A stretch of DNA of 64,000 nt from Felis catus (Eukaryota): assembly GCF_018350175.1 (NCBI RefSeq), contig NC_058377.1:14570001-14634000 (forward strand), in the 5' to 3' direction. The notes below the pieces were generated by a model. It searched no databases and was not told where the DNA came from. It saw nothing but the letters and a program-made list of their open reading frames with translations. The translations under genes were made by a program, and so were the position numbers. Positions 61,891 to 64,000 of the stretch are shown here, one piece after another. Position 1 is the stretch's first letter. Every line of letters begins with the position of its first letter.

Positions 61891-64000
61891 CGGAACATCC
61901 ATGGCAAAACTGAAAGGTAGCTGGCATTCAGTAACAGTTCTGTGTCCCAGAATCCCAGTTTCTGGCATTCTATCCCCTGGCTCCCACAGAACACAACTTG
62001 CACGGTCAGGCCGGAGCTAAGACCTCGGCTTCCAGAAGCAGAAGCGGCAAGTACTCACATTTTCTCTGTGTGGTTCTGACCTGCGGGTGCCGAGATGTGG
62101 GGCCTCTGTTCCTGCGCTGACCCAGCCCCAGGGATCCACGGGGCCCTGCAGAGAAGGAGGTAGTCTCACTGAGCAGCTGGCCTGGGCTGCCACTTGGCCA
62201 GCTCAGCTTTCCACCCGAGGCTTAAAGATCACGGGGGGGCGGGGGGGGGGGGAGGCTGGTCCCCTCCTGGGGCAGTTCCTGGTGTCTCAGGCCAAGAGAG
62301 GCTCCTTTCTTTTTGGGCGTGCAGCTCGCCCCAGCCAGCATGTGGGGGACTCAGAAGCTTACGGGCTGGACTTCGAGTTACCTGCCACTGTTCCACCCTT
62401 CTCTTTGGTTTATTACTTAGGTGCTCATGATGGCTAACCCGAATTCCAACATTTGTGTAGTTCGCCAGTGGCCAAAGCACCTTCACGATCGTCCCAGGAA
62501 GGCTGGGCAGTCAGATATTTTCGCTGTTGTCTCGCCTAGCAGTAGATGGCAGCTCAGAGCTGCCCGTGGCTTCCAGCCATTGGTGTCTGGTGCCATCAGG
62601 AGCAGGACTCAGGAGGCCTGGCTGGCCACCTCGTGTTCTGATCAGGGGCTTCTCGGTCTCCCAGCTCGGGGATCACAAGGCGTCGGGCTAGGGAGTGCTG
62701 GTGATGGCATCCTAACAGGCGGGACGTTTTCTTTTCTACTGCCCTTGCTCACTAGTGTGTCTGCCCCATTTCATTGCAAGAGGTTTGCCTCAAACTAGTC
62801 CAAGCCCCTCATCTCATAGTCTGGAGAGGAAGCAAGTCCTCTGCATCTCAGCATCAGACAGGGGTCCAGGCAGTCCCTGCTGGAGGCATCAGGTGCCCAC
62901 GGGTTGCACTAGCTGTGTAGTAAAGGTCCACCCATGTAGGCCCTTAGTCCCAGCGTGCTTTTTCCTTGATCTCAGGCACCTCCAGAGTGACCATTTGTGG
63001 AGCGTGTCGCCAAGGGGCCAGCCGGGAGTGCTGTTAACTCGCTGCATGAGTGGATTTTGCTCAGAATGATTAGCGACTCATTTCACAATTTGTGTCCCAA
63101 CGTCGTACTGGTCACTCTGAACTGGGAGGACTCTGTCCCCTGCTAGACTTGGCACATAACAGACACTCAACAAACATTTACTCGATGCGTGACAGCAGGC
63201 ACAGTAAAGGGTCCCCGGGATGGTAAAGGGGCATCTGAAGGAGCGGGCCTTGGGAGGAAATGCAGGAGTAACTTCCGAGCATCCAGCCCTGTGCTTGAAC
63301 GGAGAGGACGGTGCTGCAGGTCAGGACCAGAGACTTGGGATTGGGATGGTTCAGACGGAGCGGGGGGGAGGGAGCCCCCATGCCCGTAATTCCTTTTTGG
63401 CAATTCTGTCGCAGCTCCTGGTGACGGAGCCCCAGCCCAGGCCCCGGGGCAGGGCACCGTCACCCCCCACGCACGATTCTTTCCTGCCCTCCTACTCAGG
63501 AGGAGACCAAGGTGCAGGTGGCTCACGTACGAGCGGCTGGGGCCGAGGTCTGGCACTGGGGCAGGCACACCAGCCCTCCGAACTCCTGCCTCATGGTTAG
63601 GGTGGGGTGGGGCACGGCGCAAAGTCAGAAGGAGAGTCCAGCAAGGGTCTGTGGGCACGGCTCCTGCTTTCTAGAGCTCAGATCTCTGGTCTTTATCCAG
63701 GAGGGCAGCAGCCCACTTCGTCCGGAAGCTCATCGCACCTCTGGCCCAAGGCACCCTGGTGATTTCATGGCGGGGACGCAACTGCAAAGGTCATTACAAG
63801 ATGTGGAAGGCATCCGGGTGGGTCACCGAGTGCTTCCAGATACCCTCCCTCAAGCCTTCCACACGTGTGTACACACTCAGAGGATTTCTAGAAGATCCTT
63901 CTTGGAAGGCTCTTTCCATTCCCAACAGTCCCACAGTGACTTTCTGGTGCACTGTGGGTGCAAAAGCTCTCGTAAATGCCCTCTTCCTACTCTTCTTTCT

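Noticed and set aside
57800-64000. APOA1 antisense lncRNA and the SIK3 3' end expected by human synteny
   Set aside because: No exon structure or recognisable SIK3 coding sequence can be supported in the window. SIK3 probably ends beyond the right edge.

Overview
Mammalian genomic DNA, almost certainly a felid: it is full of carnivore tRNA-derived Can-SINEs, including near-identical young SINEC_Fc-type copies. The window is the BUD13-ZPR1-APOA5-APOA4-APOC3-APOA1 locus. It holds BUD13 exons 1-4 (minus strand, running off the left edge), complete ZPR1 (14 exons, 459 aa), APOA5 (370 aa), APOA4 (382 aa), APOC3 (plus strand, 100 aa) and APOA1 (266 aa, with a 140-nt N gap in exon 4). All exon boundaries were read by hand, are GT-AG and keep frame. 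Recognisable liver/intestine promoter and enhancer elements are present, and ~19 kb of repeat-derived DNA separates APOA5 from APOA4. I found no new gene or new biological system. The best second-look items are: a homogenised 39-bp coding VNTR in BUD13 exon 4; a U12-type intron and a candidate poison exon in ZPR1; no canonical poly(A) signal between APOA5 and ZPR1; degenerate PPAR-type elements in the APOA1 and APOA5 promoters; APOC3 K58T; and a C-terminal N-glycosylation sequon in APOA5. Comparisons with human and rodent sequences are from memory and need alignment to confirm.
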